DNA from: Desulfomonilia bacterium
GTDB lineage: Bacteria > Desulfobacterota > Desulfomonilia > UBA1062
Direction: 5' to 3'
NCBI GenBank assembly: GCA_963664325.2
Contig: CAXXDQ010000004.1
Location: forward strand, 832,001-896,000
DNA length: 64,000 nt
Of this stretch, positions 53,822-63,760 are shown one piece after another. A model generated the notes under the pieces. It had not been told where the DNA came from, ran no database searches, and saw only the letters and a program-made list of their open reading frames with translations. Made by a program: the position numbers and the translations under genes. Numbering within the stretch: position 1 is the stretch's first letter; every line of letters starts with the position of its first letter.

Positions 53822-54906
53822 TTATGAATGACTTTTTTCAAATTTGACCATGAAATCTGCAAGTTTCTGTGCACCCTCCACCGGCAGGGCATTATACATG
53901 GAGGCCCTTATCCCGCCGACCGAACGGTGTCCCTTGAGACCGATAAGCTTTAGCTTGCCTGCCTCGGCAAGAAATTCCGTTTCAAGGTCTTCAGTGGGAA
54001 GTCTGAATGGTATATTCATTTTCGATCTGGAATTCTTCTGGACAGTTCCCTTGTAGAATGAGCTGTTGTCGATTACGTCATAAACAATAGCCGCCTTTTT
54101 GTTGTCGATTTTTTCCATTTCTGTCAGTCCGCCCAGGCCTATGATCCAGTTCATGACTTCATGGATCACGAAAATGCCGATGCACGGCGGTGTATTGTAG
54201 AGAGAGTTGTTTTCAGCATGAATCTTGTAGTCCAGCATTGTGGGAATACTTTCCGGCGCCTTGCCGATAAGATCTTCCCTTATTATAACCAGGGTTACTC
54301 CGGCGGGGCCTGCATTTTTCTGGGCGCCTGCGTAAATGAGTCCGAAATCGGATACGTTGATCTTTCTGGACAGTATATCTGATGACATGTCGCAGACCTT
54401 GGGGACGCTTCCGGTATCAGGGAAACTCTGCCACTGGGAGCCGTAGATGGTATTATTTGATGTGAGATGGCAGTAGGCAGCATCCTTTGTAAGCTTGAGC
54501 TCTGACAGCTCTGGAATTCTGACATATTTTTCTTCTTTGTTGAAGCTGCTATATTGACCCTGCCGACTTTTTTTGCTTCCTTGATTGCCTTTGAAGACCA
54601 GCTACCGGTATCGATGTAGTCGGCAACCTGGCCTTCTCCCAACAAATTAAGGGGTACCATGGAAAATTGCAGGCTTGCTCCACCCTGTAAAAACAAGACT
54701 TTGTAATTATCAGGTATGCCCAGGACTTTTTTAACAAGATCGATTGTTTCATTTAGAAGTGATTCGAATTGTTTTGAGCGGTGGCTTACCTCCATTATAG
54801 ACATGCCTGTGCCTGCAAAATTGATAACAGCCTTGCTTGTAGTCTCCAAAACCGGTTCAGGAAGAACCGCCGGGCCCGCATTAAAAATATAAACGTCTCT
54901 ACTCAT
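53822..54906 (-). CDS. serC: Phosphoserine aminotransferase, single -1 frameshift near 54537
   Basis: FNAGPA, SHRS, QGGAS, DMSS, AGAQKN.GPAG, GHRSVGG.RAS. Confidence 0.95.
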
Positions 54907-55097
54907 AATATTCACCTCCTGCATTATTGTTAAAGGTTTTATATACCCAAAGAAACGCTAAATATAAAGACGAAAAAGAATTAAATAGAATCAGTAAGAT
55001 AAATGCCGTACTTGACGGATTTGCATTAAGCTGGCAACCTCTGTCCTAGAATATTTTTCAATCCTTGCATCTGTTTTAATATCCTGGAGGTATAGAT

Positions 55098-56210
55098 ATG
55101 AACAGAAAAGCTGTGATAATAGTTATATCAGTCATAGCGGCAATTATTGTTATAGTGCTCATCGGATACCTGCTTAAGGAAAAACCTGCTGCCCAAAAGG
55201 GGCTTCTCCCGGTGGTTAAAGAAAAGGCTGTCAAGTTGACTGAACCCCAGGTTGCAATTTCCGAAGAAGACCAGAAGGCAATGGGAATAAAAAAAACCGA
55301 GATCAGCAGGGTCAGTTTCAGGAAGACGGTAAAGATTCAAGGGAAGATCGATTATGACAGTGCAAACATCTCCGAAGTGGAAACCAATATAAAGGGAGTT
55401 GTGGAATCAGTTGCCGCCGAAGAGGGCAAATATGTTAAAAAAGGTGATCTGCTGGTTGAAATAAACAGCCCCGAAATCCTGGCGGCGCAGCAGGATTTGA
55501 TTGCTGCGACAAGGTCCGGCGCCACATCAGGGGGGGATGAATCCTCTGCAGCGGCAGCAGAGACTGCAAGGAAAAAGCTCAGGCAGATGGGTATACGTGA
55601 TGATATTATAAGCCAGATTGAAAAAACAGGGACATATTCAAAGACTGTTAAGATCATGAGTCCGGTTACCGGATATATAGTAAAGAATTTTGTCAGTAAG
55701 GGAAGCCCGATTGCCGACGGCAACAAGCTGATTCAAATCGTAGATTTAAATTCAGTAATATTTACCGGTGAAGTGAATGATCAGGATGCTCCTCTTGTCA
55801 AACAGGGAGAGGAAGCAGAGATACTCATTGATGCCTATCCCGATAAGATATTCAAGACAAAGACCGAGGGCGTTATTCCTTCAGGCGTTGTTGGTAATCC
55901 TTCGATAGTGAAGATGCGTATTGCCAATGCTGATAACGGCCTGAAACCTGGAATGCAGGGTGCTGTTGAGATCAAAATCGATCTGGGGGCCAGGCTTGCC
56001 GTTCCAATGGAGGCAATAATCGACAAGGACGGCCGCAAGATAGCCTATGTCGAAACGGGTGAGGGAAAATTTGCTGCAAGGACAATCAGGACAGGTATCA
56101 ATTTTGAATCTCAAGTAGAGGTTATTGAAGGATTGAAGGAAGGTGAACTGGTTGTCTCATCCGGCCTGACCAAAGTTGATTCAGAGGCTGAACGCCAAAG
56201 ACAGCGCTGA
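55098..56210 (+). CDS. RND efflux periplasmic adaptor (CusB-like)
   Basis: N-terminal TM, V.KGD.L...SPE, SPVTG, LKPGM, GL.EGE.VV. Confidence 0.88.
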   Translation: MNRKAVIIVISVIAAIIVIVLIGYLLKEKPAAQKGLLPVVKEKAVKLTEPQVAISEEDQKAMGIKKTEISRVSFRKTVKIQGKIDYDSANISEVETNIKGVVESVAAEEGKYVKKGDLLVEINSPEILAAQQDLIAATRSGATSGGDESSAAAAETARKKLRQMGIRDDIISQIEKTGTYSKTVKIMSPVTGYIVKNFVSKGSPIADGNKLIQIVDLNSVIFTGEVNDQDAPLVKQGEEAEILIDAYPDKIFKTKTEGVIPSGVVGNPSIVKMRIANADNGLKPGMQGAVEIKIDLGARLAVPMEAIIDKDGRKIAYVETGEGKFAARTIRTGINFESQVEVIEGLKEGELVVSSGLTKVDSEAERQRQR

Positions 56211-56225
56211 TTGCAGGAAAAATCA

Positions 56226-56837
56226 ATGCACAGGAAACAGCTTTATGCCAGGGCATACCTGCTGGCTGTTTTCACAATCGTGTATAATATTATCGAAGGG
56301 ATTTTTTCCGTTGGTTTCGGGCTTGCTGACGAGACTTTTTCTCTGTTCGGTTTCGGGCTGGATTCCTTTGTTGAGGTTATGTCCGGAGTGGGCGTCTGGC
56401 ATATGATAAGGCGGATAATGGCGTCCGGAGATGAAAGCCCGGACACGTTTGAGCGCAGTTCTTTGAAAATTACAGGCGTGTCATTTTACATTCTCAGTGC
56501 AGGCCTTTGCTTTACCGGAATATACGGCTTTTTCGTGAGCCATAAACCTGAAACAACATTTTGGGGCATTGTCATTTCACTGGTTTCGATTTCAGCAATG
56601 TGGGTCCTTGCAAGCATGAAAATAGGAACCGGCAAGGCTCTGGGATCAGAAGCCATCCTTGCAGATGCGGAATGTACCAGGACATGCCTTATCCTGTCGG
56701 TGGTGCTTCTTGGAGCGAGCCTTGGTTATGAACTGACAGGCATTGGAAGAATAGACAGCCTCGGGGCTGTTATTATTGCCGTTTTGGCATTCAGGGAAGG
56801 GAAAGAGGCTTTTGAAAAAGCAAGGGGACGCTCTTGA
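56226..56837 (+). CDS. CDF-like cation transporter (TM domain only); may extend to 56873 via Sec
   Basis: YNIIEG, FGLDSFVE, AILAD, DS; several TM helices. Confidence 0.85.
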   Translation: MHRKQLYARAYLLAVFTIVYNIIEGIFSVGFGLADETFSLFGFGLDSFVEVMSGVGVWHMIRRIMASGDESPDTFERSSLKITGVSFYILSAGLCFTGIYGFFVSHKPETTFWGIVISLVSISAMWVLASMKIGTGKALGSEAILADAECTRTCLILSVVLLGASLGYELTGIGRIDSLGAVIIAVLAFREGKEAFEKARGRS

Positions 56838-56847
56838 AACGATTCAT

Positions 56848-56864
56848 GTCGCCGGTCCGGCAGC
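56848..56864 (+). promoter_or_regulatory. Putative bacterial SECIS element
   Basis: GTCGCCGGTCCGGCAGC hairpin with GGTC apex 17 nt after the in-frame TGA at 56835-56837. Confidence 0.55.
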
Positions 56865-57031
56865 TCTCATTGACAATCAGCCATGAAAACGTCTTTTGGG
56901 AGCCTTCATGATTTTATTCTATATTTTGCCAATTGAATGCCTAGGATATATTCTCAATTCATCGTGGCCTTTTGACACGGGCCCTTCTATGGTATATTGA
57001 AAGTATAACTTAACACTCTAAAGAGGGAATC

Positions 57032-57718
57032 TTGGGAACTAAAATCAGCGATATTTCAAAAAAGAGCGGAGTAGCCGCTTCGACAATACGCTATTATGTG
57101 AGGGAAGGACTGTTGCCTGAACCTGAAAGAAAGAACAGGAATATGTCCTACTATGACGAAGCCTGCATAGAAAGAATAAAGACGGTCAGGCATTTTCAGG
57201 AAAAGAAGTTTTATCCCCTTACCGTTATCAGAAATATCATGAGAAGAATGGACGATGGGATGAGCGCTGTTGAGGCCGAGGCCATTGAACATGCCGTTTT
57301 CGGGGAAGGTGCAGATACCGTTGCAGGCAGGTCTGAATTTCTCAAGAAAACAGGTCTTACCGAGGAAGAGCTGAAAGCGGCAGAAAGCGCCGGCCTGCTT
57401 ATGCCGTTTGTACAGGAAGGTAAGAAACGCTTGTACGATGCCGACGACATCAGATTCGGCGGCATAATAAAAAGGATGCGTGAATTTGGAATAGATATGG
57501 ACAGCCTGAGTTTCTATGTCGAAATTGGCAATGCTCTCATGGAACGGGAGATGGCCTTGAGGAAGGATGTCGTCAGGGGCAGATCAAAAGAGGAAAACAT
57601 CCGTATAACTTCGGAAATCACCAGGGCTGCCGACACCATAAGGGGGTATGTCCTGAAAAGGCTCTTCCAGCGCACGGTTGAAGATAATATCAGGAAGAGC
57701 CTGTTAAAGAAAAAATAA
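57032..57718 (+). CDS. MerR-family regulator with a second degenerate HTH
   Basis: ISDISKKSGV..STIRYYVREGLLP...YY; TTG start. Confidence 0.88.
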   Translation: MGTKISDISKKSGVAASTIRYYVREGLLPEPERKNRNMSYYDEACIERIKTVRHFQEKKFYPLTVIRNIMRRMDDGMSAVEAEAIEHAVFGEGADTVAGRSEFLKKTGLTEEELKAAESAGLLMPFVQEGKKRLYDADDIRFGGIIKRMREFGIDMDSLSFYVEIGNALMEREMALRKDVVRGRSKEENIRITSEITRAADTIRGYVLKRLFQRTVEDNIRKSLLKKK

Positions 57719-57719
57719 A

Positions 57720-59717
57720 TCAGCCCAAATTCCTGGCGGCAAAAAACCCTTCCCTGATTGCGTCTATGGCCTTTCGCGGTTTTTTTGCATCTCCCGCCGG
57801 AATTACATGTATTTTTTTATCGAGCTTTGAGGCGAGACTGTTTTCGCTCAGTGTTCCAGCTGCAATAACAACCGTATCGCAGTTGATAAACTCCTGTATG
57901 CCTCCCTTTTCGACAATTATGCCGTCAGGCAGTATCCTGGCCGCTTTGGTATCGGTCATGGTCTCGACGCCATAGCGTTTCAAGAGCTGGAGTTCCACCC
58001 ATCTCGTTGATATGCCTATATCAGCTCCGAGTCTCGGGAGCATTTCAATAAGCCGGACTCTTTTTATCCCCGTTGTCGCAGCCTGGCGTAAAACTTCGAC
58101 ATCTTCAGCGTTGTTCAGGAAAAGAAAAGCCAATGTGTCATTGTCTATGGTGCCCTTCTTGGCAAGGTATACGGCAGTTTCAATTCCCACGGCGCCGCCT
58201 CCGATAACAACTATGTCCTTTCCCGTATCTGTGTTGCCTGAGAGCACATCCCATGCCATTACCACGTTCCCGTTTTCCAAGCCAGGTATCGGCGGGATAA
58301 GAGGCTTGCCGCCGCAGGCTATGATCACCGTTTCCGGATTTTCCGCTGCAACGGTTTCGGGATCTATTTCAGTAGATGTCCTAATATCGCATCCTGCATT
58401 TCTGGCCTGTCCCGCCATGACCTCTGCCAGCCTGATGAAGTCCCTTCTCTCCTCAAGCGCCCCTGCGATTTTCAGCTGACCGCCCAATTCCCCTGACTTT
58501 TCATAAAGGATAACTTTGTGTCCGCATAAAGCAGCCTCTTTTGCAGCAGCAAGTCCGGCCGGTCCACCCCCTGCAATGACGACCTTTTTGGGCGTTGCTG
58601 TTTTCATTGAAAGGGGCAGCTCTTTTTCCCTTCCCGCCCTGGGGTTGACCATGCATTCAATAGGCTTCAGTGAAAATACATGGTCCAGGCATCCCTGATT
58701 GCACCCTATGCACGGGGTGATGTCGCCAAATCTTCCTTTAAATGCCTTTGCCGGCATGAAAGGGTCGGCTATCAGGCCCCTGGCAAAACCTATGAGGTCT
58801 GCGGAACCTCTGGATAGGATCTCTTCTGCAAGGCCAACTCTCGTTATCCTGTTGCAGGCAATCACCGGTCTGGTTACCGCGCTTTTTATTCCCTGCGCCA
58901 GATAGGCATATGCTCCGGGGGGCACTTCCATTGGTATCTGCGGCACTCTTGTCTCATGCCATCCGCCGGTTACATTAAAGGCGTCCGCGCCCGCTTTCTC
59001 GAGTTCTGCGGCAAAGATCCTCGACTCTTTGTTCGTATGGCTGCCCGGGATAAAATCATTTCCGGCGATCCTGAATATCACAGGATATTCTTTCCCCACC
59101 GAATCTCGGACGGCCCTGGCAACCTCTAGACCGAAACGCATACGGCTGTTTATATCTCCTCCATACCCGTCCTTTCTGAAATTGGTAACAGGTGATAGAA
59201 ACTGGGAGATTATATAGCCTGCGGAAGCTATTATTTCGACTGCATCAAATCCTGCAGCCTTTGTCCTGGCGGCGGCGGCAGCGTAGTTATCTATTGTTCG
59301 CTTAATATCATTGATGCCCATCTCGCGCGGAACTTCCTTTGTCAGTCTTGATGCTACCGGAGAAGGCGCTATCGATTCCCTGCCTATAAGCGGTGAAAAG
59401 GCATACCTGCCTGCATGATAAAGCTGGGCCGCTATGCGGCAGCCGTTTATCCTGACGGCACCTGTTAGATTTTTGAGCCCCGGGATGAACTTGTCATGGC
59501 TCAGGCCAATAAGTTCACTGCCGCCGCTGTATTCGTCAATGCTGCAGCCGCCCACAATAATCAGCCCTGCGCCTCCTTCGGCACGCTCGGAATAAAACGC
59601 CGTCAACCTGCCGGTGACATATCCGTCAGGTGTGTACATCAGGTGCATTGCAGGCATCACTATCCTGTTTTTCAGGTCCATGCCGCCGATTTTTATTGGC
59701 GAAAACAGTTTGGACAT
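57720..59717 (-). CDS. fadH: NADH:flavin oxidoreductase, 2,4-dienoyl-CoA reductase-like
   Basis: LKNRIVMPAMH, QFLSP..N.R.D.YGG, GWHE, CIGCNQGC, GGGPAG. Confidence 0.88.
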   Translation of the reverse strand: MSKLFSPIKIGGMDLKNRIVMPAMHLMYTPDGYVTGRLTAFYSERAEGGAGLIIVGGCSIDEYSGGSELIGLSHDKFIPGLKNLTGAVRINGCRIAAQLYHAGRYAFSPLIGRESIAPSPVASRLTKEVPREMGINDIKRTIDNYAAAAARTKAAGFDAVEIIASAGYIISQFLSPVTNFRKDGYGGDINSRMRFGLEVARAVRDSVGKEYPVIFRIAGNDFIPGSHTNKESRIFAAELEKAGADAFNVTGGWHETRVPQIPMEVPPGAYAYLAQGIKSAVTRPVIACNRITRVGLAEEILSRGSADLIGFARGLIADPFMPAKAFKGRFGDITPCIGCNQGCLDHVFSLKPIECMVNPRAGREKELPLSMKTATPKKVVIAGGGPAGLAAAKEAALCGHKVILYEKSGELGGQLKIAGALEERRDFIRLAEVMAGQARNAGCDIRTSTEIDPETVAAENPETVIIACGGKPLIPPIPGLENGNVVMAWDVLSGNTDTGKDIVVIGGGAVGIETAVYLAKKGTIDNDTLAFLFLNNAEDVEVLRQAATTGIKRVRLIEMLPRLGADIGISTRWVELQLLKRYGVETMTDTKAARILPDGIIVEKGGIQEFINCDTVVIAAGTLSENSLASKLDKKIHVIPAGDAKKPRKAIDAIREGFFAARNLG

Positions 59718-59749
59718 ATCCACCTCCATATCCGGTTTTCTGATAATTA

Positions 59750-59774
59750 AAGTTTAAAGAATAACTTTAAACTT
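59750..59774. promoter_or_regulatory. Palindromic operator overlapping the fadH promoter
   Basis: AAGTTTAAAG-N5-CTTTAAACTT perfect; adjacent minus-strand TTGACA-N17-TATTAA. Confidence 0.75.
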
Positions 59775-59942
59775 AATAGCAATAAGCTTGTTAAGTGTCA
59801 AGTTGTTAATATTGAAATCCTGTTTGGACCGATTCGAAATCATTTACTCTTATCAGGGAAATTTATTACACCTCCTGATAGAAAGAATGTTCCATAATGT
59901 ATAGGCAATATTATTAAGTTATGTTAAAATAGAAGGTTGAGA

Positions 59943-59959
59943 TTGGCATAAAAATTGAA
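59943..59959 (+). promoter_or_regulatory. Possible sigma54 promoter
   Basis: TTGGCATAAAAATTGAA (GG-N10-GA; non-canonical -12). Confidence 0.4.
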
Positions 59960-60020
59960 GATAATGTTTAAATGATTTCATACTTGGATTTCGAATATTA
60001 ATAAAAAAGGGGATCTGCAT

Positions 60021-62351
60021 ATGAGGAAAAAACTTCTATCGGATGCTGTTCGAAGGAATTCGGCCGCTTATGCTTTTGTTTTGATAATATTGTCGATGGT
60101 TTTGGTTGCCGGTTGCAGCAGCGGTACGTCCAATGATGACGGCCCGATGCCCGGGGAAGCAAATAACGAAAGCGGCCTGGAATCCGGAACGGATAAGAGC
60201 ATATATGATTTCGCCAACAGCTGCTTTACGGTTTTATCTCAGAAGAGCGGCAGCTATATAAGCGTGACAGGATCTATGTATTCGTTTTCAACGAGTGATG
60301 TGACCAAAGCAGAGCCCTTTTTCATGAAGCCGTCTGACCTGGGCGTATATATGTTTCAGGACAGCAGGGGCCGGTATCTCGATTCCTCCTTCGGTGATAC
60401 AGTAATCAGCTATCCTGTGCCAAGGGTGAGTTCCGAATGGGAAATAGAAAGGATTGAAAGCGGTATTTTTGCAGTCAAGTCACACAGTGCGCAGAAATGG
60501 CTCAGTGCAGGAGAGGCTGGAAAACTCATGCTTTCAGAGGTGATGGATTCTTCCTGCCGTTTCCTGATCGAGCCGGGCAAGGGATGCAGCACCTTCCCCG
60601 AATCGGAAGTGGATGCCGATGTTCAGATACCCGGCACCCCTGTCGGAGAAAAGATTGTGGGCTTTGCCGATCCCCATGTTCATATGACAGGTAACGAGGG
60701 TTTCGGCGGGAAGGTAGTCTGGGGGAAGATGTTCCACCCTCTCGGTATAACTAAGGCCCTGCCGGACTGTGCGGAACTGCACGGGAAAAACGGCAGCAAG
60801 GATATAATCGAATCTGTGGCAAACGGAACGACAGGGCATGACACAAGCGGGTGGCCGGATTTCAAATACTGGCCGGGCCCCGACTCACCGACGCATCAGA
60901 TGGTTTATTACAAATGGCTTGAACGGTCATGGACAGGGGGTTTGAGGCTGATGGTAAATCTCGCGGTCAACAATGAAGTGTTATGCAAGATTGCCGGTCA
61001 GATGCCGGGCTACACATGCGACGATATGAGCACGGTCGACAGGCAGCTTGTCCACATCAAGCAGATGGAGAGATATATAGATGCGCAGTGCGGCGGGCCG
61101 GGCAAGGGCTGGTTCAGGATAGTCTACTCACCCGAAGAGGCCAGGGAGGTGATCAGCAGAGGCAAGCTCGCTGTAATACTGGGTATAGAAGTCGCCACCA
61201 TATTTGACATCCGCACCGACATTGATGAAATAAAATCGGAAACAACAAGGAAGGCTGAAATTCAGAAAGCTGAGGACATAATCACTTCTCAACTCGACAA
61301 GTATTACAGCCTTGGAGTAAGGAGCATCTTCCCGATACATGGATTCAACAACGCTTTCGGCGGTACAGCGATGTTTGTCCCCGGGATATACAACCTCGGG
61401 AACAGGATAAGAAACGGCGAGTATTTCAAGCCGTGCGAATGCCCTACTTCTGAGGAATATCCCGGCCTGCTTTCACCCACCGAGGTTTTCACGTACAAGG
61501 AGCTGTCCATCACATATCCTGAAGGGTCCAACCCGTTCGTTGTGGCACTGTTCAACCTGCTGGGAATCGCACTCCCAGTTTACCCCGAATATCCCGAGGG
61601 AAAGGCATACTGCAACTCAAGAGGGCTTACCGAACTTGGTGCGTTCTTCATAAAAGAGATGATTAAAAGGAAAATGATAATAGAGATCGATCACATGAGC
61701 TTCAGGATGTTAAACGGCTATGTTGATGACAAAGTGCACGACGGGGTGCTCAAAATTGCGGAGGACAATGACTACCCGATCGTCTCCAGCCATGCCGCTG
61801 TCGTAGAAGGCAAGGGTGACGAGGCCAGCAAGTCGATTGATGAGATCAGGCGTATACACAGGCTCGGTGGGATTGTGGCCCCGATACTGATACAGGGTGA
61901 TGAAAGAATTCAAAATCAATACATAGACGGCCCGTATTGCAAGATATCATCGAGGAACTGGGCTAATGTATATAAATATATATGCAATGTAATCGAAGAA
62001 GACGGGGATTTTGCTGGTGTTCCCCTGAGCACGGATGTCAACGGATTCGCTACGGAGCCTTCACCCCGTTTTGGTGAAAAGGCATGCTCCGGCACCGGGG
62101 AGCAGATGAACGAGGCGCCGAAGGTCTCTTATCCTTTTGCGCCTTATGCCGGAACAGGAATTATCGATCATCTGAGAACCGGGAACAGAGTTTTCGACAT
62201 AAACTATGACGGTCTGGCAAATTACGGCCTGATACCCGATTTCATACAGGAGGTCAGGAGTGTAGGCCTTACCGATGACGACCTTAAACCCCTTTTCAAT
62301 TCCGCGGAGGCTTACATACGCATGTGGGAGAAGATCGAAAGCAGGCCGTAA
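60021..62351 (+). CDS. Lipoprotein amidohydrolase (membrane dipeptidase / sphingolipid ceramide N-deacylase-like)
   Basis: Lipobox VAGC, GFADPHVH, LGIE, IDHMS, SSH, STDVNG; beta-rich N-terminal domain. Confidence 0.75.
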   Translation: MRKKLLSDAVRRNSAAYAFVLIILSMVLVAGCSSGTSNDDGPMPGEANNESGLESGTDKSIYDFANSCFTVLSQKSGSYISVTGSMYSFSTSDVTKAEPFFMKPSDLGVYMFQDSRGRYLDSSFGDTVISYPVPRVSSEWEIERIESGIFAVKSHSAQKWLSAGEAGKLMLSEVMDSSCRFLIEPGKGCSTFPESEVDADVQIPGTPVGEKIVGFADPHVHMTGNEGFGGKVVWGKMFHPLGITKALPDCAELHGKNGSKDIIESVANGTTGHDTSGWPDFKYWPGPDSPTHQMVYYKWLERSWTGGLRLMVNLAVNNEVLCKIAGQMPGYTCDDMSTVDRQLVHIKQMERYIDAQCGGPGKGWFRIVYSPEEAREVISRGKLAVILGIEVATIFDIRTDIDEIKSETTRKAEIQKAEDIITSQLDKYYSLGVRSIFPIHGFNNAFGGTAMFVPGIYNLGNRIRNGEYFKPCECPTSEEYPGLLSPTEVFTYKELSITYPEGSNPFVVALFNLLGIALPVYPEYPEGKAYCNSRGLTELGAFFIKEMIKRKMIIEIDHMSFRMLNGYVDDKVHDGVLKIAEDNDYPIVSSHAAVVEGKGDEASKSIDEIRRIHRLGGIVAPILIQGDERIQNQYIDGPYCKISSRNWANVYKYICNVIEEDGDFAGVPLSTDVNGFATEPSPRFGEKACSGTGEQMNEAPKVSYPFAPYAGTGIIDHLRTGNRVFDINYDGLANYGLIPDFIQEVRSVGLTDDDLKPLFNSAEAYIRMWEKIESRP

Positions 62352-62384
62352 CAGTATCAGGTCCTTGATAACAGGCAGGACTTT

Positions 62385-62418
62385 AAAACAGGCTGACCAT
62401 AATGGTTGGCCTGTTTTT
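62385..62418 (+). terminator. Rho-independent terminator
   Basis: AAAACAGGCTGACCA-TAA-TGGTTGGCCTGTTTTT. Confidence 0.85.
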
Positions 62419-62535
62419 ATTTCCGGATATCCTGTCAGTTAATAAATATTTTCATATTCAATAGATGCTTGCTTCTTTTATAACATGGTAGTATCAGGTT
62501 TACTTCATATCATTTGGAGGGGGTATTGAAGTATC

Positions 62536-63672
62536 ATGGGAAGAGACTCTATTGAGATCAGGGCAATAGCCTCTTCGAATACAAAACAGGCAGATGATTT
62601 TATCGCCCTGCCTTTTTCCATTTATAAAGACAACGACTGCTGGGTTCCCTGGTTCAACAATGATATGAAGCAATTCATAGACAGGAAACACCCGGTATTT
62701 GAGCATACTGATGGTGAATTTCTGGTTGCATACAAGAACGGTGCTCCTGCAGGCAGGATATTTGTTTTTGAAAACGGCGGATACAACAGTACACACAACA
62801 AAAACAGCGCATACTTTTTTTTCTGCGATTTCATCAATGACCAGGAAGTCGTTGACTCATTCATGGAAGAAGCCGTCAATTGGGCTAGGAAAAGAGGACT
62901 TGACAGCATAATAGGCCCGATAGGCTTTGGCGGTGTGTCTGGCTGCGGGTACCTTGTTCACGGATATGACAAACGTGCCGCCATGACCATGATGATGTAC
63001 AACCACGCTTATTATAATAAGCTGATCGAGGCTTTCGGCTTTTCAAAATATCTGGACAACTATTCCTATATCCTGCCTACATCAGCAGAACTGCCCCAGG
63101 CCATAAAAGACGCATCCGACAAGCTTTTGAGCAAGGGCGGGTTCAGCATCCTGCAGGCGAAAAGCAAAAAGGAGCTCGCCAGATGGGCGCCTTCGATAGT
63201 AGACGTATTCATCAAAACCCTGAGCGATCATGCAGGGAATTACAAACTTACGCCCAAAGAAATCGATTGCGTCGTCAAATCGCTCATGACAGTCGCACGG
63301 CCTGAACTCATAAAGGTCGTACTGCACAGCGAAAAAGTGGTGGGCTTCCTGCTGGGGTTCTATGATCTGTCAAAAGCCATTCAGAAGAGCAGGGGCCGTT
63401 TGAATCCGCTTTCAATAATCAGGCTTATCATGGAATATAATAAGACTGATGTGCTTTTGATAAACGGAATGGGCATATTGCCTGAATTTCAGGGTGTAGG
63501 AGCTAATATGCTTCTTTATTCGGAAATGGAAAAAACCATACGTGCACACCCGAAGTTCAAGCACCTTGAAATGGTCCAGATTCAGGAAGTGACGGCAAAA
63601 ATGCTGAGCAATGTAAATACGCTCAGAGGTGAAATAGCAAAGATTCACAGGATGTACGAATACAGACTCTAA
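62536..63672 (+). CDS. Tandem-GNAT protein, YghO / bacterial ceramide synthase-like
   Basis: FI.LP..IY....WVP, HP.F, GRI, W...RG...I.GP, G.LV.G, YN..YY..L.E..GF.K. Confidence 0.72.
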   Translation: MGRDSIEIRAIASSNTKQADDFIALPFSIYKDNDCWVPWFNNDMKQFIDRKHPVFEHTDGEFLVAYKNGAPAGRIFVFENGGYNSTHNKNSAYFFFCDFINDQEVVDSFMEEAVNWARKRGLDSIIGPIGFGGVSGCGYLVHGYDKRAAMTMMMYNHAYYNKLIEAFGFSKYLDNYSYILPTSAELPQAIKDASDKLLSKGGFSILQAKSKKELARWAPSIVDVFIKTLSDHAGNYKLTPKEIDCVVKSLMTVARPELIKVVLHSEKVVGFLLGFYDLSKAIQKSRGRLNPLSIIRLIMEYNKTDVLLINGMGILPEFQGVGANMLLYSEMEKTIRAHPKFKHLEMVQIQEVTAKMLSNVNTLRGEIAKIHRMYEYRL

Positions 63673-63760
63673 GAAATATATAAATCTTCCGTAAACAAAA
63701 GATACACTGGAACTGCGTCTGCCCCTTGACTTCGATATTATGAACATATAGCCTGAAAAA

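Noticed and set aside
56208-56213. In-frame TGA between the adaptor and transporter (possible readthrough fusion)
   Set aside because: No SECIS-like hairpin follows, and the transporter has its own ATG at 56226
59851-62500. Recurring TATCAGG/CCTGATA words near 59851, 59874, 62355 and 62492
   Set aside because: Short and inconsistently spaced; cannot be separated from chance without statistics
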